DNA of 63,044 bases, counting the filler, from Intoshia linei (taxonomy: Eukaryota > Animalia > Orthonectida), in the NCBI GenBank assembly GCA_001642005.1. It is 5 parts of 5 records of this genome, joined end to end, with 100 filler letters (N's around TTAATTAATTAA, not from the genome) between each part and the next. Parts side by side here need not be neighbours in the genome. Positions count along the whole stretch, not along the records: positions 49,457 to 56,351 come from LWCA01001636.1; positions 56,452 to 58,286 come from LWCA01002504.1; positions 58,387 to 63,044 come from LWCA01001890.1; 2 more parts are not named here. One strand, given 5' to 3'. The position numbers were made by a program, and so were the translations under genes. The notes beneath the pieces were generated by a model. It worked only from the letters and a program-made list of their open reading frames with translations. It searched no databases and was not told the origin of the DNA. Positions 51,435 through 63,044 of this stretch are shown here, piece by piece (the first letter of the stretch is position 1; the number at the start of each line of letters is the position of its first letter).

Positions 51435-53505
51435 GAGCTCATGTTATTATGACATGCCGTTGTTTAAAAAAATGTAAAGATAAAAGAAGTTTAATCAAAA
51501 AAGAAATACCAAGTGCCAATATATCAATATATCAGTTAAATCTAACATCGAGAAATTCAATTAATGATTTTTGCAAGGATTTATTCAGAGGTTAATGAAT
51601 TTATACTTTTTACATTTTGGGAATAATCTAGTTTTGTAATAAGATATATTTAATTTATTATTTTATTTAGATTTTAAATCAATCGACATTTTGATAAATA
51701 ATGCTGCAGTTAAAGAAGAAAATAAAGTGAAAGACGAGTCTGGTCTGAATTTGAACTTGTCTACTAATTTTTTGGGTTACTTATTTTTTAATTTTAAAGT
51801 TTAGAGTGGTTAAGCCTTAAAATTTTCTGGCACCCAAAAACTGGTTTTACACCCCTGGGCAAGACCGTGAAGATCCATAAAAAGGCATTATAAAAATTTT
51901 TTTTAAAAATCGGACTTCTATACATTTTTTAATGAATCGTTCATTATCTAAAAATTAAAAATAACTAATTGACTGTTTAATAATTAATAGAACATTTTAT
52001 TATACGATAATTTTGGTATACCTAAGAAATTTTTCTACATTACCTATTAATAAATTTAAAAACTAGGCCCATCATGATTGTAGAGTTGGACTCTCAGAGC
52101 TCTCTAGCCTAAAGTTAAATTTAAGCCTCTAGCTAAATTTTGTATTTATATCAACTGGAATAAGCTCTATCAGATTTTTTTTAATTTTTGGACAGTTCAT
52201 TATTTCACATTGATTGTTTTAATAAAATATTTCGGAAAAAAAATATATGAATACTAAAATGCTTTTTTGACCGTGAAGTCGTCACTTATCAGATTAAAAA
52301 TTTTTGTGTGTGTGAACAGGATACAATTGTAATACCTGTAAATTTTTTTAAATGATAGGACTGTTTTCATAAAAAAAAGGGGTAATTTGTGGTTTTGGCT
52401 CTGAAGATATTTTTTTAAATTTAAATTTATGATAATGTTCATGATTTTAAAATGCGTATTAGCGTATATATGTTTTAAATTATCCAACTTGTTTAATTTT
52501 GAAAAAAGGACAATTAGGGTTTTTGACCCGTAATATGTGAGTTGGGGAGGTTGAAATTTGTCTTATTATATGTCCCGGAAAAAAATAATTGAAATGTGCC
52601 ATTTATAAAATTCTAAGACTGGTAGTTATTGAAATAAAATGGAACACACACACAAACAAATATTGCGTAGCATATTGTATAAGTAAGGATAAACAACAAA
52701 GGTTAATTTTGTGTATTAAAAATAAAATTTTATGTGTATTGTGTGAGGTTAAAGTTTTAACCGTATTTATAGTTTACTGATCCGATATACTTTCCTGTAT
52801 AATTGGAACAATTATGAACAAAATAACAATGTATATTGTACATTTTCTGCTTTTAAAAATTAATTTGAATTTTACCTATAAATATTTAGGTCCATTCTTA
52901 CTTACACTGAAATTATTACCTTTGCTAAGTAATGAAGGAAAAGGAAAGATATTAAATGTAATTTCACCGAGTTATTTTGGTGGCAGAATAAATTTTAGTG
53001 ATTTCAATAAAGAAAAAAGAAAATATAATAAATATGATTCTTACGCTCAAAGTAAAATGGCGCTAGCAATGATGACTTTATCGTTAAATGAAATGGGAGA
53101 GGAATTAAGTAATTTGAATTTTATAGAAATTCTAATAAAGTTGATAATAATTTATTTGTTAATATAGATGTATCCAGTTTATCTATTGATCCGATGAGTG
53201 CATTTAGTCATCACGGGATACCTAAATCAAACTTTTTTTTTAACATTCCAAACAAAGCTATACATAGCTTATTTTTAAAATCTCCCTTATATGCTAGCCA
53301 GTGTTATTTAAAAGCGTGTATTGAAGATTTTGAAAACAACAAAGACAAAGTTTTAACGTAATTTTTTTCCCTATTATATTATTTTATTTACAGTTAATTC
53401 GTTTTTAGTCACTTGAATTGGGTTTGGTATACCAAATATTGCAAAGATAAACTTACCCGAGACAAATTGTGGTTAACTGCAAAGAAATGGACTGGAATTG
53501 ACTGA
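51435..53505 (+). CDS. Short-chain dehydrogenase/reductase, RDH11/12-like; N-terminal exon(s) missing, probably in the gap
   Basis: GAHVIMTCR, LNLTS..SI..F, IDILINNAA, TNFLGPFLLT.KLLP and catalytic YAQSK (YxxxK). Ends LWLTAKKWTGID*. Confidence 0.85.
52130..52689 (-). mobile_element. Helitron 5' portion in an SDR intron
   Basis: Minus strand begins A|TCcttacttatacaatatgctacgcaatatttgttt(GT)n. Confidence 0.75.
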
Positions 53506-53813
53506 TTTCGCATAATTTGCATCAATAACTTTAAATTGGATTATATACATTTATGTTAATAAATGTAAATAATAAAATTATTTAAATTTTCATGATTTTC
53601 TTATTTTATTTAAAATGTAAAAAATGTAGCTTTGATTTCAATTGGAGGCTCATTAACAAGTTTTATATTAAAAAACACCAGAAAATAATTTTCGAATATA
53701 ATCTGAAAATTAACATCCCACACATTAGTCAGTTGCCACTACTGCAGTGCACTACTCTAAGAATATATATTTGCAAAAAATAAATATACCAGAATCAAAA
53801 AATTTCATTTTAA

Positions 53814-54316
53814 CCCATATATAATGCCAGACAAATTTTTCCAAAAATTTGGAAAGTTAATACATACTTGCCTATTTTTCACCATATATAATTTTAAGTA
53901 ATTACCAATTGTAGTTATGAAGTTATTTCACATTCCATGTTCACATTGGGAGAATAAGGCAAATAAAAGCATGTATATATAAAACCGTATCGTCAATATA
54001 CCTAATTATTTCATCAAATTGTAGCCAATACATGAATTCATCTATGGTGTTCATTAAATTCGGTTATCACAACTTTAATATAAAAAAATATAAAAAATTT
54101 TTTCAATGAATTTTTTTTTTTGCTTTGAAAAATCAATTTGGCCCACTGTCAGTGACACAGGAGGCTAATCGGTAAAAACTTATAACTAATATACTCGAAT
54201 GTTATATAATATACTAATTAATTTAATTTTTCATATTTAATTAACTTTGTTTCAATTTGATACGTGTTTTTATATATGTAATGTGTGACCATATGGTCAC
54301 ACTGGGAGTATATGGG
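53814..54316. mobile_element. piggyBac-type MITE
   Basis: TTAA|cccatat ... atatggg|TTAA, with subterminal palindrome gtgtgaccatatggtcacac. Confidence 0.75.
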
Positions 54317-54582
54317 TTAATTAAAAATCTTTTCCATTAATTCGAAAACGAAAGCATTGAAATTTCAACTTCTTAAACTAGTTTTGTTTATCAAAGGAAT
54401 TCAGAAAATTTACACATCTTTGTTTACACAATTCATTTAATACTTTTACTCAGAAATATATAAGTATGAACATTTTATTATAATAAAAATATAAACGTAA
54501 ACCAGTTTAACTTGTTCATAAATCAAGTAGATTCATAACATGACATTTTTCAAAATAATATGGATCATTTTAAAATGTTTAG

Positions 54583-55373
54583 ATGGACATGGAATTGATA
54601 GAAACTAAAATATCAAACGGTTATCTTGTACAGTTTAAATTATTAATGAAACTATGCCTGCCAATTGTAATTTTAATGTTATTAATTATAAACTTTAAAT
54701 TCGATATTATATTTCAATTGTGGTTGCACACATTTTAATTTAAGGTATTCATTAAAGTGGCCAGTAAAATACGTACTATCAATTTTAGTTTATTTGGTGT
54801 TAATTTAAAGCTAAAACTACTTTTCTATGATGACGAATAAAAATTTTCGGCTTAAAATTTATTCCACTTTAGAATTATGACCACGTTTTTTCTGGTGTTA
54901 ATTGGAAAAGACTATATCAGATGTGATTTTTTTAAAATTCTAGGACTACATGTATTACCTTTTCTGCATGTTGTACAACCCTGCTGTAAAATAATATTTT
55001 TTCACGGCTGTGGGGTAATTAATTATAAAATTTATCGCGGACCATTAAAGCAAAATTACTAGGCAACATTAAAAAAATTTGATAAAAAATCATGATAAAT
55101 TGACTTGTAATTAGTAAAAAATTTTTCACAATTATTTCGCGGACTGGCGTTGGAAACGCTGGTTTGACATAATTATGTGATGGTAATATAACATTTTAGA
55201 TAGCTAATCAAATATTTGAAGTGATGCTGACACCTATGGCAATATTTTTTATTGGTAATTTTGGAAATAAAATAGAATTGGCCGGTGTAGCTTTGGCAGT
55301 ATCGATAATTAATGTTACATGTGTTGCAGTGGCAATTGGATTCGGTACAGCAGTAGACACTTTTATGTCCCAG
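54583..55373 (+). CDS. MATE (SLC47-like) efflux transporter, first exons; remainder lost in gaps
   Basis: LMKLCLPI|IANQ...FIGNFG.KIELAGVALAVSIINVT...IGFGTAVDTFMSQ| is the canonical MATE N-terminus. Confidence 0.85.
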
Positions 55374-56739
55374 GTATACTTTTCAACAATTGAAAATATT
55401 TAAAATTATCTCATCTTTCAAAATCTCAATTTTTACTTGATAATTATAATTTCGATGCAAAGACTGAGTGGTGGAAATTATATTAAACTAGCTTGACTGT
55501 TATGTACTACGTACAAACAGCACCTAGTTATATTAAATTAAATAAAATCTGATAACTAAAAAATATTGTAACTACACTATACATAATTTTAACAAGGATG
55601 AATTTTTTTTTACTTTATAACATTGTAAACGGAAGATTTTGATATATTTATTCCGTTAGAGCACATAATAGCAGCAACACCTCTTACTCCTTTATTAGAA
55701 TTCGAAGTTACCTCCCTTATAATGAATTTTTTTGTTCTATCTGACATTTTAGTTTGTGCACCAACTCTTTTTCTGCTTTCATCATAACCTTGTGGTCATT
55801 TAAAAATGATCGAATTACATCAAACGATCTTGCTGTAAAATGGCAATTCAAACGATCAGCAATATTCTTATGCTATCTCCTGATATTATTGTCATAATAT
55901 GCTGCTACTAAAATGATTTTTTTTCATCATCACTTAATTTGCAGCCTTCGTTCTTTCCTTTGTTCTAAGTAAATTGTTATAAAATTATTATTAATTAGCA
56001 CAATTAAAAATCGGATTTTTCAAAATGTTGTTATAATATATGGACACTCGTGTTTTTGTATTTTTAACGTTTTTATTAAAAAATGTTAGTTTATTTTGTT
56101 TTTTTTCAATTATTTTTTTTAATATGACAACCTTACAATTAGTGATTGTGCCGGGAAAAAAAACCGAGACAAAATATAATATATAATATTCCCGGGATAT
56201 TTAATAATTTCCGGGAATTAAATTTCTCAAAAATTTTTACGATTTCCCGGGATTTCCCGAAAAAAATTGAGACATACCTGATTTTGATTGATGTTTATTA
56301 TTACTATAAAAATATGATTATATTATAATATTTAAAATTTACCATTTCAAANNNNNNNNNNNNNNNNNNNNNNNNNNNNNNNNNNNNNNNNNNNNTTAAT
56401 TAATTAANNNNNNNNNNNNNNNNNNNNNNNNNNNNNNNNNNNNNNNNNNNNTAACTAATTTTAAAAAAAATTAAACTGAATTAAAAATAATGTACATTCA
56501 GTATCTACTTTCGATAAATAAAAAATATTAATTTTGTATCATAATTAATACTAAACAAAATTAGCACTTTAAAAACATATTTCAGATGAATTTTACAGTA
56601 TTGCCAAAACATAGTAATCAATATAATAATGATAATAAAAAAATTGTACTTGGTAGCATTAAATTGACAAAACAGACTTTATTAAAGACTTACGTTAAAG
56701 ATACAACAAAGTAGTTTTAAAATAAAATTAAGTATAAAG

Positions 56740-57099
56740 TAAAGTGGCCAGAAAAAATACGTACTATCAATTTTAGTTTATTTGGTATTAAATGTAGGCT
56801 GACCATATTTTTGTTGTACTAAAAGCAGTACTTTTATTGCTTAAAAACAAAATATATTTTTGATTAATTTTTCAATAAAAAAATGAACATTTAAGTTAAA
56901 TTTCAATTTATAAGTTTATTTAGTTTTGAAAAGTACGTCGAAAGTACGACTTTTGGCACTGTTCCAAAGTCGTACTTCTGGTTGCACTAGTTAAATGTAA
57001 AGACAAAACTACTTATCTATAATGACGAATAAAAATTTTCGGCAAAAATTTATTCCAAATAAACTAAAAGTAATAGTACGTATTTTTCTAGCCACTTTA
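56740..57099. mobile_element. Tc1/mariner-type MITE interrupted by a nested hAT MITE
   Basis: ~45-bp TIRs taaagtggccagaaaaaatacgtactatcaattttagtttatttgg and ccaaataaactaaaagtaatagtacgtatttttctagccacttta. Confidence 0.75.
56795..56989. mobile_element. hAT (Tip100-like) MITE
   Basis: Ends taggctgacca and tggttgcacta. Flanks attaaatg/gttaaatg match 7/8. Absent from the related copies at 54753 and 42020. Confidence 0.7.
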
Positions 57100-58240
57100 T
57101 AAAAAGTGAGTTTAAATTTTTTGAAAATAAGTTTTTGAGAATAAAAAAAATTAGAAGAATTCAATTACAATTGTATATATATTTCCACTCATATTTCTAT
57201 ATTGGAAATGTGTAGATGTGGCAACAAACATTTTTTTAATATTACAATAAATTGAAAAAAAAGAGATAAATCAGTATAAATTTTATAAAAATTTAAAAAT
57301 ATTAGATACAGTGAGCTATAAAATGTCAATAGCTTTTATGGCTTTGACCGAAATATTTTAAAAAACTGCAACCTCTATTAGGGTGTAAATGAAATGATTA
57401 CAATTGCTTGTTAGATGGTAGGGTGTACTTTTTATATAAAATATTTTGAAACCCTTAATAATGATGTATAAATAATTAGTACAAAATATTTCTCGGACGT
57501 GTGCTTTGTCAGCTCAGGAAATCACAAAAAAAAAAATTGTATTCCTGAAATGTTTTTAAAAATTTTCAGATTTTGTAACATTTTTAATTATAATCCAATT
57601 CACTATACATTGCATTATATATATTGTAATATATGTNAATTTTCGGCAAAAATTTATTCCAAATAAACTAAAAGTAATAGTACGTATTTTTCAGGCCACT
57701 TTATAAAGTGAGTTTAAATTTTTTAAAAATGAGTTTTTGAAAATAAAAAAAATTAGAAGGAATCAATTACACTTGTATATATATTTCCACCCATATTTCT
57801 ATATTGGAAATGTGTAAATGTGGCAAAGAACATTTTTATAATATTACAATAAATTAAAAAAAAATAGATAAATAAGTAAAAATTTTATAAAACTTTAAAA
57901 ATATTAGATACAGTGAGCTATAAAATGTCCATAGCTTTTATGGCTTTGACCAAAATATTTTAAAAAACTGCAACCTCTATTGAAGTATAAATGAAAGAAT
58001 TACAATTGCTCGTTAGGTGGTAGGATGTACTTTTTATATAAAATATTTTGAACACCCTTAATAATGTTGTATACATAATTAGTACAAAATATTTCTCGGA
58101 CGTGTGCTTTGTCAGCTCAGGGGATCACAACAAAAAAAAATTGTATTCTTGAAATGTTTTTAAAAATTTTCAGATTTTGTAACATTTTTAATTATAATCC
58201 AATTCACTATACATTGCATTATATATATTGTAATATATGT
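57040..58240. repeat. ~600-bp direct tandem duplication joined at a single N (57637)
   Basis: 57040-57636 and 57638-58240 align with scattered substitutions. Probably uncollapsed haplotypes. Confidence 0.85.
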
Positions 58241-59085
58241 CAATATAATAATTTACAAGCTATATACAAAATATATTTCACACATTNNNNNNNNNNNNNN
58301 NNNNNNNNNNNNNNNNNNNNNNNNNNNNNNTTAATTAATTAANNNNNNNNNNNNNNNNNNNNNNNNNNNNNNNNNNNNNNNNNNNNATATTTGTCTGTCT
58401 TCTTATACTAATATTGACTATCTATGCAATTTTAAGACTATTAGGTTATAAATTATTTTGATTTGTTCCAATAAACGTTTTTAAATATTATACATATTAC
58501 AGACTATTTCCTCGTTTACGGTAATTGGTTGTGAAAAACTATTTCATTCCGTTAACGAGGATTTTTTTTGGAATTTTTTATGAATAATTTCTACATTATA
58601 ATTCATAAATATTATAATATAATAAAAATTATTTTTCACCAGGAATGCGTAGATTTCTAAGTTGAAATTTTTTATTTATATCGACTGGAATAAACTGTAT
58701 TAAACTCAGAATCATCTTTTTTTAATTGTACGACCGTTAATTATTTCAAATTTTTTGTTTTAATAGAATAGTTTCGAATAAAAAAAACGAATACTAAAGT
58801 GCTTTTTTGATAGTGAAGGCGTCACTTTTTTAGATTGAAAATTTTTGTGTGTTTTAACTAGATATAACTATCATCTGTAATTTTTTTAAAAATTCTAGAA
58901 CAGTTTTCATTTTTAAAAAACAGGTAATCCGCGATTTTGATCGTGAAAATGGTCTTTTTTGAGATTGCCATTTGTAATAATGTTGATGATTTTAAAATCT
59001 TGATTAGATTGTATTAGTTTAAATATCCATCCAGAATTGCCACAGAAATATAAAATATATAGCAATACATTACTAATTGATAATA

Positions 59086-60930
59086 TTATATTAAATTATG
59101 TCTGTTTTTCATAATTAAAAGAGCCAATGCATTGACATCCCTGGTATATATTATGCATTTTGATTCTACACATTTTATAGTATAAAACATACCATCAGAA
59201 CCAAATTTTTCTGCTTTTTTTTTGCATTTAACCTTTTTCTTGTATTCCAAAATATCCATGGAAGATGATTTCATTCTAACAATAGTTCGATTATTCCTTT
59301 TTTCTTTTACTATATCTAAATAAATGTAAAACGATAAAAATAAAATAAAACTGATTTTAGGACTAGCTGCCAAAGTTTCTTGATTAATATTTTTCTTTGT
59401 ATATCTTTCTAGATAATATTTGAATTTGAAGTGGATAATAAACCAGAAATATTCAATACATTTTTTGTATCGACATCTACATCACATGAAGTGGTTCTCT
59501 TATTAAATACCATTCGTTTATCTGCAGCAAATTTGAGAGTATTATATATGGGATCAACTATAATTAATTTGATAAATTATATAAAAAAATCAATACCATT
59601 ATCTTTGTTTTTTAAAATACTAACTTTTTTTAAAACTCCGTTAAAATAAGCAGGAGCAATACTTTCACTTTTAGTTGGAGAACTATAAAAATTAATTATT
59701 TGACTAATATCCTTACTACTTTCATTAATTGGAGTATTTACTTTAGGATAATCACTAATAGGTACGTGTATATCAGAGTTTGAATGTAAAGTAGTGTCTG
59801 ATTGCTCATGCTTATTTTTAATTGGGAGGTTTGGAGTTGGTGTACGATTGACACACATTTTGTTTGAATTGTTATCCAAATCTTTTTTTAATATTGTTTT
59901 ATGTTGTACATTTTTTGTAATAGAATATATAGCCCTGTTCCACAATCCATGTACATTTTGTTTATCTATCGATTTTACAATATGATCAGTAGGATCAATC
60001 AATAATAGCTAATGATACAATTACTCTTGTATTAATTAAATTACACTTAATGTACTGTTAATGGTACAAATTTGAGTTAATGTTATAGTTTGTCTAAACA
60101 ATCATTTACCTTTGCCTTAATATTTTCCATGTGTAAAAGGTAGCAATTTATATCATTTTGTTTATTTACAATACTTTGATAAATACTTTTATTTTCACTA
60201 CTTACTGTTCTAAATTTGAATTAATTTTAATAAATCTAAATCAATATTTTCCCTTTTAATTAAAATTTATGAATACATCAATAATTGACAAAACAGGTTA
60301 ATTTGAAAAATTTAGTGTAAATTAAGCAAAAATTAAATTACTGTTTATATTTTTCAATTAGAGACTTCAAGTTTATAGTTAAAAGACAAATTTTGGAGTT
60401 TATATCGTGTAATTCCGTATGCAAGTTTTGACTGTATTGTTTTATCATTTGAGAGTTCATTGGTGTCGTAGTTAGTGTATTCAGATTAGGGGAAACGTCA
60501 ATCTATTTATATTAAAATTTATGTATAATATTAATATATATGTATTAATGTGTATAAAAAATAAATGATTTTATTACATATTTTGAAATGGAGTAAAATA
60601 TCGGAATTATTTCCAATTTTTTGTTGTACAAATGATTACTAATTGGGCTGTTTAATTCAGTTGGCGGAAATTTGATATCCAAAAATGATTTGATGTCATA
60701 AATGATATTTTTGTTTTTATTTATTACACTGTAATGTCTTTTTACATCAGACATCTAAAAGTAAATTTTAAAGTGTTTTGGTATATAGTTGCTATATACA
60801 TGTATAATATACAATGTATATTGGTATATAGTGTATAGTGGGTTACTTGAGAAAAATGAATCATTGAGTAATTTTCCACTGCTTTGTTTAGTATGTTTAT
60901 AAATTCTTGAAATGATACTTCAATGTCCTA
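59086..60930 (-). CDS. Unidentified multi-exon protein
   Basis: Open exons with GT-AG boundaries (DIEVSFQEF...SQ|MSDVKRH...KY|IDVSPN...|...HMENIKAK|...LIDPTDH...), ending ...NRHNLI*. No domain recognised; 5' end uncertain. Confidence 0.5.
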
Positions 60931-61297
60931 TATTATTTTAAATGTTCTATTATATTTTTTATTTATTCCTTTTACCTGCAAAATTATAGACATAATCTTT
61001 TCAAAATAATATTCTTTTTCGGCTTGATAAGATACTATGTAAAATTTCATATCATTGTGGATTTTCTAAAAATATATTATTCAAATTTCCAAAACTAAAT
61101 TTCATTTTAAAATTGTTTTTGAAGGATTGTTCTACTAATGTAATGTAAGTTGTACAACTGTTTAAAAAATAATAGTCTACCAGTGTTTTTGTGATCTAAG
61201 ATATGAGCAGACGTAGATACAATATTTATGTTAAACATGTTCAATTTACACTTACTTTTAAAAAAGACTGTCATTTTCTTAATCATTTAAGCCTTAA

Positions 61298-61492
61298 CCC
61301 TTAAAGAATTTCTCATATTTAATAAAAATTATTTTAATTCGTGATGATTTTTAAGTTAATCATTATTATTTAATATTCAATCATACCCAGCAATTCTCAA
61401 ATAATAATGTTCATATTACTAAATTAATCATTTTTTTTTAAATTCATCAAAAAATTGGGAGCTTTTTTGGAAACATTATGAACTTTTAAGGG
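61298..61492. mobile_element. piggyBac-type MITE
   Basis: TTAA|cccttaaag ... cttttaaggg|TTTA. Confidence 0.5.
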
Positions 61493-61636
61493 TTTATTGC
61501 AATGGGTTATAAAGATTATAATTTTTGAGATTATCCCTCTCTTTACATATAATTTTTTCATTTACAAAACTTATGTAAACAGTCAAACTCGTCAATAATA
61601 AACAACTTGAGTAATGAATTTTTTAATAGTGACTGA

Positions 61637-63044
61637 TCCTAACTTATATAAAATGCGACGCCATTTTTGTTTATGTGTGTGTCTGTGTGTGTAAATAGCT
61701 TTATTTAAATAACTACTTATCTTAGAATTTTTTAAAGACCACATTTCAATTACAGTTTTTTTCGGGACGTATAATAAGACATATTTCAACCTCCCAATTT
61801 CGCATCTTAAGGGTAAAAAACCCCTGTTGTCCCTCTTTTTGAAAATTAAATAAGTTGGAGAATTTAAAAAAATATATACGCTGATGCAGATTTTAAAATC
61901 ATAAACATTATCATAATTTTAAATGCTGATGCGGATTTTAAAATCATAAACATTATCATAAATTTAAATTTAAAAAAATACACTGATGCGGATTTTAAAA
62001 TCATAAACATTATCATAAATTTAAATTTAAAAAAATTATACCTTCATGGCCAAAACCCAAAATTCCCTTTTTTTCTTTTGAAAACAGCCCTAGAACTTCA
62101 AAAAATTTACAGGTGATAGAGTTGTATCATGTTAACACACATAAAAAATTTCAATGCGAATAAGTTACAACTTCATGGTCAAAAAAGCATTTTAGTATTC
62201 ATATATTTTTTTTCCGAAATATTTTATTAAAAAACAAAATATAAAATAATTAACGGTCCAAAAATTTACGCATTTCCGGTAAAAAATAATTTTTAATTTA
62301 TTATCAACCAATATTTTTCAAATAGTTCGATTAAAATCAAAAATTGAAAATGTAAATATTGATCCTACAATTTCAAAAAAAGTGCAATTTGTAGTTCTAC
62401 ACCTTTCCAATAAAGAAATATGGGTGAAAATCTATATAATTCATTCCTTCGGAATTTTTTTTATTGCTACGCAATTTTTAAATTTCAAATTTTTATTTTC
62501 AAAACATTTTTTATAATCTTCAAATTTTAACACTACAGCAACGAATTTATAAAATTAAATTTATATTAACTGAAACGTTATTTTTTTTATTGATAATTGT
62601 TACAAATTTAACATAAAATGGTAAAACGAAAAGTAACATTCGTAAGAAAAAAGATCAAAAGTATGCACACATTTTTAACATCAATCATTTTTATATTACA
62701 ATTCTTTGCTATAATGGTAAAATTCGACTGAAATATTTATAAAGTGAAGATTCAATTAATTATTGATACACAATTAGTATTATTAAGTATTTATTAAATT
62801 GATACTGAATATATGTCATCACATTAAAAATGACAAAATATGTTTTTATAATTTTATTTTTTCTGGAATTTATGCTATTTATGACAATTTTTAGGATTGG
62901 ACTATTTTTACTTTATTTTTAATATTATACACACATTCTGTCTAATAAATTAATCAAATGGGATAACAATTGTTTTTAAATTCTTTACGAAAATGTTAAC
63001 AAAACAAAACAAAGGATTGATAATAGTTAATAGTAGAATTTTTA
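61637..63044 (+). mobile_element. Near full-length non-autonomous Helitron; 3' end just beyond the window
   Basis: A|TCctaacttatataaaatgcgacgc followed by (TG)n at the 5' end. The window end matches the reverse complement of 49760-49800, about 100 bp from that copy's hairpin-CTAG end. Internal triplication at about 61880-62040. Confidence 0.78.

Noticed and set aside
49665-52689. One large Helitron capturing SDR exons
   Set aside because: The two flanking pieces overlap in content, so they are separate insertions, and the SDR exons splice normally to exons outside them.

Overview
AT-rich, gene-dense animal (eukaryotic) scaffold with very short GT-AG introns (mostly ~37-70 nt) and four padded assembly gaps. 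The style fits a compact parasite genome such as the orthonectid Intoshia linei; this is an inference, not verified. Spliced genes recognised by manual translation: SoxE, TTLL10, a CUB-LDLa-TM protein, DIS3, a MAPR/PGRMC-like protein, GID8, SDHC, the 3' part of CNOT3, a PLAT+ankyrin protein, the Ima1/TMEM201 N-terminus, dolichol kinase, the 5' half of afadin, an RDH-type SDR, the start of a MATE transporter, and two unidentified multi-exon genes. Introns and intergenic DNA hold many non-autonomous DNA transposons: a dominant ~1.5 kb Helitron family, hAT, pogo/Tigger, Tc1, piggyBac and MULE MITEs, and a Chapaev3-like end. The most notable region is 27.3-30.7 kb. It is a co-oriented cluster of MULE, piggyBac and intron-containing Merlin transposase remnants, followed by ~1 kb of frameshifted intronless coding sequence resembling a bunyavirus (phenuivirus-like) L polymerase, a candidate endogenous RNA-virus element. 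Also notable: DIS3 appears to lack catalytic PIN residues, some intergenic spacers are only 13-49 bp, and TSD evidence suggests a local mis-assembly at 34.4-37.8 kb. All family assignments come from remembered motifs; no searches were run.
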